From: Macrostomum lignano
Lineage: Eukaryota
Length of the DNA stretch: 64,000 bases
Assembly: GCA_002269645.1 (NCBI GenBank)
Contig: NIVC01000128.1
Coordinates: forward strand, 124,001-188,000
Direction of reading: 5' to 3'
Below are positions 1-12,319 of this stretch, in pieces. A model generated the notes under the pieces. It was not told the DNA's origin, ran no database searches, and saw only the letters and a program-made list of their open reading frames with translations. The translations under genes were made by a program, and so were the position numbers. Every line of letters begins with the position of its first letter. Within the stretch, counting starts at the first letter, position 1.

Positions 1-38
1 GGAAGTGAGCTATCAGAGCAGCCGATTAGGAAACTCAC

Positions 39-323
39 AGACAGCACGGGCGGGTGAATATACGGATAGATCTGCACAATCTCCTGAAGCAGAGCGGCAA
101 TGGTTCCAAAGGAGTTCCACAGCAGAGGAGCCAGTTCCGGAATGGCGTCACGCTTCCTTGACAGCTCCAGCAGGGCGGTCTCGCGACTCTCCAGACTGTT
201 TAGATCAAGGATCCAACGATAGAGGAGCTCTTTCTCCTGCTGCGGGCTGGATACGGAGGTTGGCGGACCGACTGTCATGTTGAAACCGGCCTGGGTCACA
301 GCTGGCACGCTTAGCGAGTTCAT
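39..323 (-). CDS. CNOT9: CCR4-NOT subunit 9 (RCD1/RQCD1), first coding exon; gene continues off the left edge
   Basis: Minus-strand translation MNSLSVPAVTQ...EKELLYRWILDLNSLESRETALLELSRKRDAIPELAPLLWNSFGTIAALLQEIVQIYPYIHPPVLS matches the Rcd1 N-terminus (LLELSKKR...LWHSFGTIAALLQEIV..YP..PP.L). 95 codons, GTGAGT donor at 38-33, upstream acceptor CAG at 360-358. Confidence 0.93.
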
Positions 324-692
324 GGCAGACTTTTGGCCTGGTGGTGGGGGGCAATGTCTGAAATAAGAAATCGATAGAAATGTTTATTATAAAACATGAA
401 CAGGAATTCTACTAAAATAAAAAAATCATTAAAACATTCTTTACTAGCAAGTGAAACGTGCTGTCATACATGTTTTGTGTATTAAAAGGACTAACTGTAA
501 AGTAAAACGGCCCTTTTCAGATCCACCCCAAACTAACTTAGCAGTTGAGGCTAAAAATAACTATAAGCACAAAACATGCAAAATATAGAGAACACAATGA
601 TGTGGTTTAGTTTCTTTAATTCTAAAAATAAAACCCCATTGCCCTGGGTGTGAAGTAAGAATACTTATCTTTTTGTTCCTACACTACAGTGC

Positions 693-722
<30 letters not shown>
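693..722. repeat. (TATC)n microsatellite, about 7 units
   Basis: Direct reading. Confidence 0.9.
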
Positions 723-724
<2 letters not shown>

Positions 725-1369
725 GTGCAACAGAAAAACATGTACATAGCCTGCTAAAATTTTACAAATATGCAACAGTTGTATCTGAAGAGCCTCTGTG
801 TAACAGCTTTGGTTTGCATGCAATTTAAAATTTTCTATTTGGCTTCAACTAGTTAATGCTCTTTCTTTCTTTATATTTGTTTTTTTCTTTTTCTAGAAAC
901 CTAGAGAAAAAAGCTATAATTTTTTTAATTAGGGTGTTAATAAATATACCCTATTTGTGGGTAGGCCTAATTGAAAGTTAGTGGAATCTGTAGTTCATTC
1001 TAAAATTTACCTTTTCATTACAGATTCTATATTTTATTGTGCTATTCCATTCCAATTCCACTGCAGATTTAGTATTTAACTGGGTGCCATGAGCTATGAC
1101 TTTTTATTTTAAACTTTAGTAATACAAGGACTAAAAGAGAAATTTTCCTTGGAATAAACTTAGGAATTGGAATAAGATCATTCATAGATTTAGTACTATA
1201 AGACCACTTAGGCCAATCAAACAAAAGGTGCTACTGACTTTACATGATATATTATTAATATAAATAGTATAGTACTAAGGCAAGCAAAGTCTTATTTTAG
1301 GATTTTAGTATTTTAGTATTAAGGCAAGCAAAGTCTGACTAGCAAAGCGTAGTCTTATTAGTAATTAGG

Positions 1370-2280
1370 CTTAACAAGCAATGGGATATTTTCCAGGATG
1401 ATAGTACCAGGATGATAGTGAGAAAACTGCATTTATATGCCATCAGGGCCTGTATCAATTCTGTGTGACACCATTTAGTCTTAAAAATGTGCCTTTTTGG
1501 GCAGGTCATTACAAGAACATAATAAGAACCTTGCAAAAGTCCTCCAATTTCTTAAAGATCCTAACCTCCATTTAAAGCTTAGCAAATGTCTCTTTGCTTC
1601 AAAATCTATCAAGATACTCTGGTTATAAAATCACTCCAAATGGTATTGTGGTCAACAAAAAAAGTACAAGTAATTTGTACTTGGCCTCAACCATGAACTA
1701 TAAAGGAAGTGCAAAGTTTTTTAGGCCTTGCATCATACTAGATCACAAATTCATACAAAACGTTTCCTCATTAGCTGAACCTTTGCGCCAACTGACTTTA
1801 AAGAACCAACATTTCACATGGATAGAAGAACAAGAATAGTGTTTTGAAAGCTTGAAGCAATGCTTGACCTCAGCACCAATCCTAGCCCTTCCTGAAACTA
1901 CAAGTAGTAGCAGTCCATTCATTCTTGATACAGATGCTAGTGGATTTGGCGTAGGTTGTGTTTGTTGCAGGTCCAAAATGGATACAAAAAAAGTAATTGC
2001 TTGCAATAGTTGTGCATTGAATCTAGCAGAAAGAAATTATTGTGTCACTCAAAGAGAATTATTAGTGGTACTTGAATCATGTACAATAAGAAGTTTAGAT
2101 CCTATCTTGCAGGGCATAAGTTTTTGATTAGAGTAGATCATGCCCACTCTGATGCACCTTTTAGTGAAAACAAAGCCAGTGCTAATTCTTCCAGCAGAAA
2201 AGTGGCATGAGTTGATTGATGAAATTCATTCACAGGGACACTTTGGAGTAGCTAAGACAGTGGAAAATATTTCTTTTAAG
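1370..2280 (+). mobile_element. Decayed Gypsy/Ty3 pol fragment (RT, RNase H, integrase HHCC start)
   Basis: Frameshifted motifs EKTAFICHQGLYQFCVTPFSLKNVP (RT), LAEPLRQLT..FTW, FILDTDASGFGVG and AERNYCVTQRELL (RNase H), ELIDEIHSQGHFGVAKT (integrase zinc finger). Multiple stops and a deletion. Confidence 0.85.
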
Positions 2281-2779
2281 TGAAACCAATCTTGTTTATA
2301 AATACTTTGTTAAGTTTGTACTATCCCTATTGATAACATAAGTTACATAACCTCTTACTAGCCACACCACACCCACTAGCCAGTGCAATTAAGAGTGGAG
2401 AAAGTAATAAATAATCATGTTGCAAAGCAATATACTAGATGTCTTGACTATATAAGAGTCTATGTCTTTAAGATTCATACACAGTACACATGCACACATT
2501 ACCTTTCTATTTTTAAATTTCTAGTCTGCACTTTGCTTTGCTGCAGTTTGCCACTTTACATTGCACTCCTAGGATCTCTTGGAATTTAGGATTTGTTTTG
2601 ATTTTGAAAACCAAAAATATAGAGAAAAAAAAAGAATTTATTTATTTTATTTTATCATTTTGTGTTTTATATTAAGTACCAATGTTTTTGAACTTTACAT
2701 GCTTGTAACATTTTGGCCAACATTCCAGCTAAGCCAGCCAGTTGGTCTACCATTAAACTAGCAATGGAAAAAGAAAAGA

Positions 2780-3730
2780 ATACCACCTGATATGGAGGTA
2801 TTTTACTGAACAGAATAGTATTGATAGTCACCTTGCTAAGTGCAAGCTTTGTGGGTTTAATGTGAACTGTGGGACCAGCAGTGGCACAATTAGCTTGTGC
2901 CACCATATAAAAAGGCCTCATCAAGCACAATATGAGGAAATGATGGCAGATGATGCAGCAAAAAGTGCTGCAAAAAGGCAAAATTAGAAGCTGCTGCCAC
3001 CTCAAGCCATAGCTAGCTAAAGCAGAGAACATTATTTGAGCTAAAGGAAAATGGCCAAAAATAGCCACCAAACTACCCAAGGGCAAAGGAACTTGACTAG
3101 AAAGTCTTGTAGATAATTTTACTAGACAATGATCCTTTCGAAGTTGTGAACTGTGTATGATTCAAGCGCCTAGTGGCTGTACTAGAGAGCCAATATAAAT
3201 TCAAATCAGAACACTTCTACAGAAGCCAGCTAGATACCCTGAACTATAAGATACTCAATGGCCTGAAGCCCAGCCTACCTAATGATGTCCAAATGGCTAT
3301 CACATCTGATCTTTTGAGCATCACAGAGCACTTCTTTAATAACCAGTTAAAGTGGCAAAATTATGTGCTTGGTGCTTTGCTAATTGAGTCAGCCTATACA
3401 GATGCCTACATTTCATCACTGATAACCAATAAAGTTGCAGAGTTTGGTTTGGATGGCAGCATCATAATCATACTCCATGATGCAGGTGACAACATGTGGA
3501 AGGCTCCTTGAAGTGCAGAATGCAGATTGTACTACCTACACACTGCAGCTGTGCATAAAGGATACACTTAAAGAATCAGTTGGAGGCTCAGCAAAGACAC
3601 TAGCAAAATATTTTTGATGAGTATCACAAAGTTGCCACAGCTCTGGACAATAGATATAAGCTATAGTACTTTCCCAATGATCATTGCATGGTTGTCAAAC
3701 AACTGGTGCTATCCCAACTAAGTAAGTGGC
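2780..3730 (+). mobile_element. Decayed hAT transposase (ZBED1/Ac-like) with BED zinc finger
   Basis: IWRYF...AKCKLCG...GTISLCHHIKRPH (BED finger), then SFEVV..FKRLVAVLESQYKF, AITSD, LHDAGDNMWKA and ATALDNRYK, following the hAT transposase motif order. Stops and internal deletion. Confidence 0.8.
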
Positions 3731-6179
3731 TTTCTGGTATCTTATTTGGGTTGAGTTAATTAAAGGTAATACTATTATTGCATGTATTCTATTAGTCATG
3801 AACCTTTTTTAAATGGGTAAGATGCTCATCTTGCTTAATTGGAGGTGGGCTTCAGCTCTCTCTAAATGTGAATGTAAGTGTGAGTTCTGAGCATACATGT
3901 GCAACCTCTAAAATTTGGTTGGCCATGCAACTTTGTTTTAACAAAAAATGCAACTTAGTTTTTGGCCAAAAATGTGACTTTCATGTAAAAAAACTCAAAA
4001 ATAAAATAAAAAATAAAAATAAAAGCTCTATAAATTCAAGTATAAGTTTCACTCCTCATTTTCTTATGACTGGTTATGCAGTGGTTCTGCCACTTGATGC
4101 AGCACACTAAGCATTGAAACCTGCACACATGCCTGCAACTTTTGCGCAGTTAACTAAAAAATGGTTGCTTAAAGCCTAGAAGGCTATCCAAATGACAACG
4201 CCTGCAGTGTAAAGGCAACAAAAGCATTTTTATAACCAGAATGCTAAGCAGATAAAGTTCATTGAGAATGTACTAGTATGGATCTTTATGCCTCTATTGC
4301 ATTACTGTCAATGTGACTCAAGGCAGTCCTACAAGCACTATGCGCCTTGGTCTAGACCTTATTGAGTAGTGCCAAGGATTTTACCATTAAATTATGAAGT
4401 TGTCTGATTTGCAGATGCTGATGATAAAGATCAAGGATAGAAAAAAGTAGTACATATAGGGAAAATGAAGCCAATTATATAGCCACACTCTGGATCATGT
4501 AGTATATGCCTGAAAATTCAGGCATGCATTGGTGTTGCATGCCAAAATTAGGCGTGCATAGTTGGCATGCATCACTCCTGAGAAAATAGTATGCGTGCAC
4601 ACCTGGCATACACTTTATAGAATCATGTATAAGAGTTATTGTGAAGTAGAAAAAAGATGAAAAAAAGTTCATTTTTAAGTGCAAATTTCAAGCTTTCTTT
4701 CTAGTTTTTTTTCAATTTTGTAAAAGAGCATTTAAACAAATCTTTGCATGTATAAATTTTTGTATAAATAGTATCACCGAAAAAGCATAAAAAGTAACCA
4801 AATTATCTGGTATTTAGGGTCTATTACGCAATTAAAAAGGTTTCTAATTGTCACAACATAAAAGTCATTTATTGTCACAACACTGGCGTATTTTTGAGAA
4901 TGGGCATGCACTATATTTTTGGCATGCATTTGTAATTATTCAATTTTTGTTCGGGCATGTACCCAGCATGATCTGGACTATGGTTATATAGCTGACAAGA
5001 AGGCTTCTAGGCTTCCAGGTTTTTTGGGTCATATAGGGTTTTTGGCCCCTTGAAAATTTCATTGGCAACTGGATTTTTGGCATCAGAGGCCAATCTGGAA
5101 ACTTTATTTTCTCTATGCCAGTTGCCAATTTCAAAAAATGATTTTGTAAGTATTATAAAAGTGCCATATTAATTTATATATGGAGTAGTTAGTTCATTAT
5201 TGTTTGCAGCATAGATAGCGATCTTAGAGTTGAGAGAACAAATTTCTGTTTTAAATGTAGCCTTGGAAATATCCATCCTCAAGAATTTGGCTAGTTGCCA
5301 ATAGGCAACCAAAAATAGCCATTGGCAACTAGATTTTGAGCCCTAAGGGCCAGCTAGCTACTGGATTGCCAACCTTAAAAAGCTAGCTTCTAGGTCTATG
5401 GCAAGACAAGGTAGAACGAGATTAGAAGCAGTCGCTATCTTTAAGCAAGTCTCAAATAAAATTGTTTTATGCCTTTGTAATGTGCAGGGCCCTTCCCAAT
5501 TCAAAATTTTAACTCTATACAAAAAAGTTTATACAAAATTGATCATTGTATAACTCTTTTTGAATGCATGCCGAATCTAGGAAAACACATTTGTTATAAT
5601 ACATGTATTTTTCATATTTTATGCAAACTAATTTTTGCTTAAGGTAGCATTAAATTTTGGCATAAATAGAAACATTTTTGGTGGAGGAGAGACCAACCTC
5701 ACATCATGGTTCCTTAAGAAAGAAAGCCAGTATCAAATAGTAAAAGTTCTAAGCACTACTGAGAAGTGGAAGTAGTAAGAGACTAAGATGTAGATCCTAA
5801 ATCAATATATGAAAGAATAACCAGAGGCTATGACCCTCTGATCTTGGTAATGCCCAGGATTGGAAGTACATGCAATATATCTACCAGTAAGCCAATATAC
5901 TACTCAGGCCAGAATAATAGTAGAACGCTACCATAATAACAGTAGAATACAACTTGTATACAAAGAATAATACTAAGAGTAATACTCAGACAACTACTAA
6001 GATATATACTCAGACTAATTCTAAGAAACATTTCTTAGACTTATTCTAAGATTATTAAACTTATAATTTATTAATAGTGTAGTGACTGGCTGCTAACTGG
6101 TTATTCAGCAGCATTCACTAGCTTTCCCTAAGAGTGCTGTGATCCGCTGCACAGTAGCTCAGTCCACCTGATCTAGTGA

Positions 6180-6440
6180 GAGAGTTACCCTGTGCTGGGC
6201 CTATGTGTTTACTGCCCAATGACTCATCGCCTGAGTGGGCGCGGGCAGCCACACTCAATGTCTTCCCACTCGCGCTGAGGAGGCATTGCAGGATGACTCA
6301 TCACCTACGCGGAGTGTAAGGGCTGCCTAGAGGGAGTAAACAGGATGACTCATCCGCCCACGATTCTATTTTTAGCACAGACTAAGCACGTGACTGTGCA
6401 CGCACTGTGTGCATGGCCACTGACCTTGAGTCACACCACT
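6180..6440. promoter_or_regulatory. CpG-retaining island with four AP-1 (TGACTCA) sites and a CACGTG E-box; candidate promoter/enhancer between divergent CNOT9 and RSK
   Basis: TGACTCA at 6220, 6294, 6346 (all ATGACTCATC), TGAGTCA at 6427, CACGTG at 6387. CpGs are kept here while the flanks are CpG-depleted. Confidence 0.5.
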
Positions 6441-6463
6441 GCTGCATGACATTTTTCTTTCAG

Positions 6464-6509
6464 GTGACGGATAGACAACTCTGCCGACGCGTCGAGTCCG
6501 CACACCAAG
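6464..6509 (+). CDS. Candidate first exon of RSK (reads I/M-DNSADASSPHTK; ATA at the expected ATG position)
   Basis: Acceptor TTTTTCTTTCAG at 6452-6463, AAG|GTGGCA donor at 6510. The frame from 6471 joins in phase 0 to the 11744 exon. No ATG in frame. Confidence 0.35.
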
Positions 6510-6958
6510 GTGGCAGCAACCCTACCAATTCATGGCAACGTTTTAGGTTCATTTTCAGGCAAATCAATAGGTAGTACTATGGTGCTATCTAGCTTCTTCA
6601 GGAGCAGCGGGTTTTATTTTCTAGGAACATCTTCAAGAACCCGAGAAGGAGAGGCACTTTACAATAGAATAGTCTTGGTGGCAACTACCAACATTTAGAG
6701 ACAGAAGTTAAACCCTATTACAACTTTGGTGACCTCAGTAGGAGTTTTAATAGAGAGAAGCTTTAGCCTGTTACAACTTAGTGGTATTAGTAGAATAGCT
6801 AAAAGGGGGAAGAAAACCCCTACGACAACTTTAAAGGCTAACCAATGGGATTTTGTATTATATAGGAATATTGCTATAACTTTGGTTGCAGTAGTAGGAT
6901 AGTTATGGCAAGAACAAGTAGCCCTATAACAACTTTGGTGGCAGTGGTGGGATTATTC

Positions 6959-8637
6959 TAGAGATGTTCCAAAATTTCAATTTCGATTTTCCAAAATTCA
7001 GATTTTTTTGGAGCAAATTTTGATTTTGAAAAAATTTCAGAAGTCAAAATTTTGGAAAGTACTTCCGAAATTTTTATCTGATTTTAGTTTTTTAGAACTT
7101 TGGTATTGTCTTTAAAGTAGAGATGTTCCGAAATTTTGATTTTGATTTCGAATTTCTGAAATTCGGATTTTTTTAGAGCAAATTTCGATTTCGAAAAAAT
7201 TTTGGAAGTCAAAATTTCGGAAGTGCCTACTTCCGAAATTTTTATCTGATTTTAGTTTTTTTAGAACTTCGTTACTGTCTTTTATCGGTGATATTATACA
7301 ATTTTTACATGTAAAACTATTTGAATTTGTTAAAACTGTTCCATGCATGTAGGACATGTAACATGGTAGTTTGTACATGTGGAACTGTAAATTTTCGTAA
7401 ATTTTGTTGCACTTTAAAGCTGCAAAAGCGTCTGCTGATATATTGCATATTTTTCGCATTTTACAGCATATATATGTACATTTACCGTACATGTACATGC
7501 ATTATCGTTTACACGATCTCAGTTATTGCTAGTCATGCAGTGATACATGTACATTTTAACTGTACATTTTATACATGTACAACTCAGTATGCACCTTATA
7601 CCCTACCGCCTAGACAGATAAAGGCAGAGAAATTTGTTTTGTCTAGCAGGGAAAAGGCGCGCTTTGCTGCCGTGCTTTAATACCGTCTAGTAATGCAATA
7701 TACGCGCCTTAGTGTTTCTTTTAAAGGCACTAGTTCAAATAAATTACTTAACACATTTACAGATCATATGTAGTTTTCGCGTCGAAAAAAATTTTTGCAT
7801 TTAAAAGTGGCAATGAGGGATTCTACTTATTTATTGGCCGAAAATAAACGAACTTCTGCTAAACATACATGTATTTTGTTTTGCATGAGCAGTAAATCGA
7901 AAGTAGAAAAGTGAGTGTCGGTTGTACTAAACTTTGTTTTTCTAAATTACGATTTCGGAAAATTTCGATTTCGATTTCGATTTCGGAAGGTAGCAAATTT
8001 CGATTTTGATTTCGATTTCGACAGAATATTCGCTTTCGGAACATCTCTATTGGTGATATTACAATTTTTACATGAAAAAACTATTTGAATTTGTTAAAAC
8101 TCTTCCATGCATGTAGGACATGTAACATGTAGTTTGTGGAACTGTAAATTTTTGTAAATTTTGTCGCATTTTAAAGCTGCAAAAGTGTCTACTGTTATAT
8201 TGCATATTTTTCGCATTTTACAGTATATACATGTACATTTACCATACATATACATGTATTATCATTTACACAATCTCAGTTATTGCTAGTCATGCAGTGA
8301 TACATGCACATTTTAACTGTACATTTTATAACATGTACAACACTACAACTCAGTATACGTAGTTTGTGTGTCAAAAAGATTTTTTGTATTTAAAAGTGGC
8401 AATGAGGGATTCTACTTATTTAGTGGCTAAAAGTAAATGAACTTCTGCTAACATACATGTATTTTGTTTTGCAAAAGCAGTAAATCAAAAGTAGAAAAGT
8501 GAGTGTTGGTTGTACTAAAATTTGTTTTTCTGAATTTTGATTTTGGAAAATTTTGATTTTGATTTTGATTTTAGAAAGTAGCAAATTTTGATTTCAATTT
8601 CAATTTTGACAGAAAATTTGCTATTGGAACATCTCTA
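6959..8637. mobile_element. Non-autonomous hAT MITE (outer copy)
   Basis: Perfect 14-bp TIR TAGAGATGTTCCAA...TTGGAACATCTCTA and 8-bp TSD GATTATTC at 6951-6958 and 8638-8645. Confidence 0.88.
7118..8049. mobile_element. Second copy of the same hAT MITE nested inside the first
   Basis: 16-bp TIR TAGAGATGTTCCGAAA...TTTCGGAACATCTCTA. Internal sequence is homologous to the outer copy. No clean TSD. Confidence 0.85.
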
Positions 8638-11600
8638 GATTATTCATAAAGACAGAGGAATACCCACTGTAACAGTAAATAAAATATATATCTAAATTAT
8701 TATGTCCTTTGCATTAGAAATTATATTGTTGAATAGGACTTATCAGTGTTAGTACAGTATACTAATACTATAAAAAAACAAAACAAACATGTTCATAACT
8801 ACTTTAATGGCATTAGTAAGATATTTTAATATATAAGAAAACCCCTAGCACATTATATCTATATGGGTATAGTCGAAATTGTCATTCTCTAAATTGTCAT
8901 ATGATAATAACCACTTGGCTAATCTGTAGCCTAAGACTTTAATATTGAATATGACAAATTTGTCAAATTTCTTGGAAATGAAACAAAATGAAACAAAATA
9001 ACATAGGGACCATACCCCCTAGAATAAATTAATTAAAGCATATTTTTATAATAGCTCAAGAATAATATCTTGGCTAAACTAAAGTTTAAAAATACATCTG
9101 CTTCTAATTATAAAGTTATCAAAATATCAAAATGCAATCTTTCTATCATTCTTTGTTCAACCTTGAATAGGGACTTCAGTGTTTTAAAAAATTTAAAATG
9201 ATGCAGAAAAAACGAAAATTGCTTTAAATTTCGATTGCTACGTGTTGAACTGGTTTTATCCATATACTAAAAATGGTCTTAAAAGTCTAAATATATGTAT
9301 AAGAAACTAGAGAATATATCTTTCAAATGAAAAACCTCCTAAACGAAAATATTAAATATTCTAGGAGCAGTGATCGTTCAAACATTGTACATTTTTCGTA
9401 TACACGTAAGATTCTAAATGCTGTTTTTTAATGCGCATCGTCGGAGTTTTGCAATAATATAGTATTTGAAAGAGTGCCTAAATTTTTTCTACGAAACTTC
9501 AAACGATCTTTAACGATTAACGAAGCAAAAAGTATTTAAGTAAGAAATTAAAAAACAAGTCTTGTAGGAACTTGATGTATAGCAATTTAATTGATCCCGT
9601 TAGGTGACAAAAAGTATATAGGTAATAATCAGACGACAAAAAAATCAAATGTAAAGATTGCAGGCAAATATTAGGTATTAAAGATGAGGGATATTTTTAT
9701 GTAAGAAGGAAATAACCAAAATAGAGCGCCTAAAACAAAGTTTTAAGGTTGGCATTAAGACGTTTGCGATTAGAGAAATTATGATATAAAGATATGCGTA
9801 ATGCGGGAGAAGATGCACCGGTATTTTTTAAACGAAGAGAAGCAAAACTTATAATTAATTGCAAGGAGATTGTTAGCAAATAAAAGGAAATACCAAGTAA
9901 GCAATAAAGGTAACCGGTACGATGGATTAGATTGGTGTAAGACAGGCAGCAACAGCATGGTTCACACATGGTGTTTTCTATAATTTTCATGTCGGTTGTG
10001 GAGGAAGATTTGCTATCATAGTAGCAAATTTGTCAATCTTAATAGCTAGTAGCAAATCTTTTTTATTTTTGTTTTCGTTTGTGGCATAGCCTAAGCTGTA
10101 AAAATGCCTTGTGCTCAGATGACTTTGGTCAAAATATTTTATCTGGTATCTAGTATGGCGAGCATTGGCGACACAAAGATTTATTGAAGCTAACACAATT
10201 AATTGATTTAAAGCCTATTTTCGCATTGCCTTTTTCTCCTAAAAAAAACGTAAGAAATATTTTTACGTCTGATCCAAAATTAGTGCAAATTAGTTCTTTC
10301 AATAAAATATTAATCAAAAACTTAAATCATTTAGGTAATAAACCTAGAAGCTACCTTATTATATTTTGTTATGCTAGCCATCGATAAATTGACTAACGCA
10401 AAATCAAACTGTTAAAAAATACTCCGTTTAATAGAAAAACCACTTTGAGAAGCAGCGCGGGTCTAAGGTCTAGCCAGTTACACATTTTTTTGCTGCTGAA
10501 TCCCTTACAGACAGTCCGAGACGGTCTGCAAGCAGTAGTTTTGCATAACCTTTGCTGTTCATTATTTATTTTGTTCCTCATTTATGGTCATACCCAAAAT
10601 TTCTAACTAAGAAAGTGCGTTTCTTTCGGCTTTTGACACTATTTTTTTACAAAACACTAATCACTTAGTTTTTTCGACCAATCGGAGTTAATTAACATTA
10701 CTTCTGAAGGGACCACACAAAAGTTGTAATATTAAATTTAAAACGTTTTTCCTTCAATGTTATATGATGCCATTAGCTCGACAAAGAGAGCCATTGAATG
10801 AAATGCCTCACACAAGCAGCAAATCGGTGGGTACTTAACTAATGTTTAATGAAAATAACAGTTATATTTTAAGCCTATACTCTAACCAAAAAGCTCTTAA
10901 AGTGACATGTGAAATTATAAGATGCAAGAACTATAAAATGGTGCAAAAACTAAAATGTTAAGGATCAAATTTTAATGCTATAGCACTAAAACTATGTTTT
11001 TGTTTATATATTTTATGTTGTCTATGTTAAGAAGTCTATATGTGCAAGTACTTTTTATAACCTTATCCTTTTATAATATCAAGGAAGAATCTCTGATATT
11101 ATAAATAGAAGAAAAGAGATCTTCTATTCAATATCTCTTGAATAGGAAAATCTCTTAGGTATAAACATTTTCTAATTAGCCATTATTAGTCCTTATATAG
11201 TTTCCATTACCAAAAGCTATTATCTAAAATGAAGTTAGATAATGCTCAGTTTGATTAAAATATTGACATTTTTATTTTATAAACAAATCTTGAAAATCTT
11301 GCAGATATTTTGGATTCAATGGACAATGCTAATCTTTTTTTCAATTAAATATAATATCTTCAAGTGTTTGTATTATATTATTGATGTTAAAATTTAAAAT
11401 ATAACTTCCATACAAAATTTCACTTTATTTAAAAAAGCTTAAAATATAAAATTCAAGGATTTATTTTTTGCATTTATCAATTGTTAAGCAAAAGGTCATA
11501 TTCTTAATTATGTATAAAAAATTTATAATGTATAATTTTACATTTGATTTAACTTTGCATTCATTTGATTTCAAAGAGTTATCAATTTATAAATCGAACC

Positions 11601-11743
11601 TTTATAAATAAATGCTTGAGTACTTCAATAATGTTTTAAATATGGTTTGAAAATTGCCATAAAAGGATTAGTTACCCTATTATAAGAATGTAAATATGGT
11701 TGAAAAAATACAAATCCCAAAAATCATTCTCTTCTATTTTTAG

Positions 11744-11791
11744 ACATCCACTATTGACGACGGAATTGATGAAAAAGTGGAAACAATAAAT
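11744..11791 (+). CDS. RPS6KA: RSK N-terminal exon ([16 protein letters not shown])
   Basis: TTTTTAG acceptor, GTAAGT donor, 48 nt, in phase with the next exon. Confidence 0.65.
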
Positions 11792-11890
11792 GTAAGTTAT
11801 GGGTCACTCAGTTTATCTAACTGTTGGATTATACAGCATTGCTCAGTTAGGCCCTGCCTAAGCTGCCCATTCACTTCCTGTTCACTACAG

Positions 11891-12106
11891 GGCGACAGTG
11901 CAGACGAATCCATTGTGGAGGTCGAAGTTGCCGACATGGTCGAACGTCGCAATGGAGGCGCCGCCGCTGTTACCGCCTCCGACTTCGACCTGTTGAAGGT
12001 GCTCGGCCAGGGCTCCTTTGGCAAGGTGTTCCTAGTTCGGAGGAACAATGGACCAGATGCCGGCGTTATGTACGCCATGAAGGTGCTGAAGAAGGCGACA
12101 TTGAAG
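11891..12106 (+). CDS. RPS6KA: RSK exon: N-terminal kinase Gly-loop ([18 protein letters not shown]...[12 protein letters not shown])
   Basis: Near-identical to RSK NTKD subdomains I-II, AG/GTAAGC boundaries. In-frame ATG at 11936. Confidence 0.97.
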
Positions 12107-12319
12107 GTAAGCATGGCTAAATTAATCCGTTAGATGGCAGGGGTAACTAAATTTATGCTTTAAGGCGGTGCTGGTCCTCAGGAAAATCTTTGCATGCGTT
12201 TATAGCAAAGTGGTAGCAGCGTTTAAATGAAAAAATCTTTAAAACAAATTGTTAATGAGCGTTAATATGTTAACGCTCAATTTAAAAGCCCTTATTTGCT
12301 ACATAAATTTATGGAAAGG

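Noticed and set aside
5-283. Plus-strand 92-aa ORF
   Set aside because: Antisense shadow of the CNOT9 exon.
4440-5420. Short dyads and GGCAACT/AGTTGCC repeats suggesting more MITEs
   Set aside because: No matching TIR pair or TSD could be defined.
9170-10640. Possible further decayed transposase (KRKY..F.EQ.SF..., KCKDC, Cys-rich patch on the minus strand)
   Set aside because: Too many stops; the motifs are too weak to assign a family.
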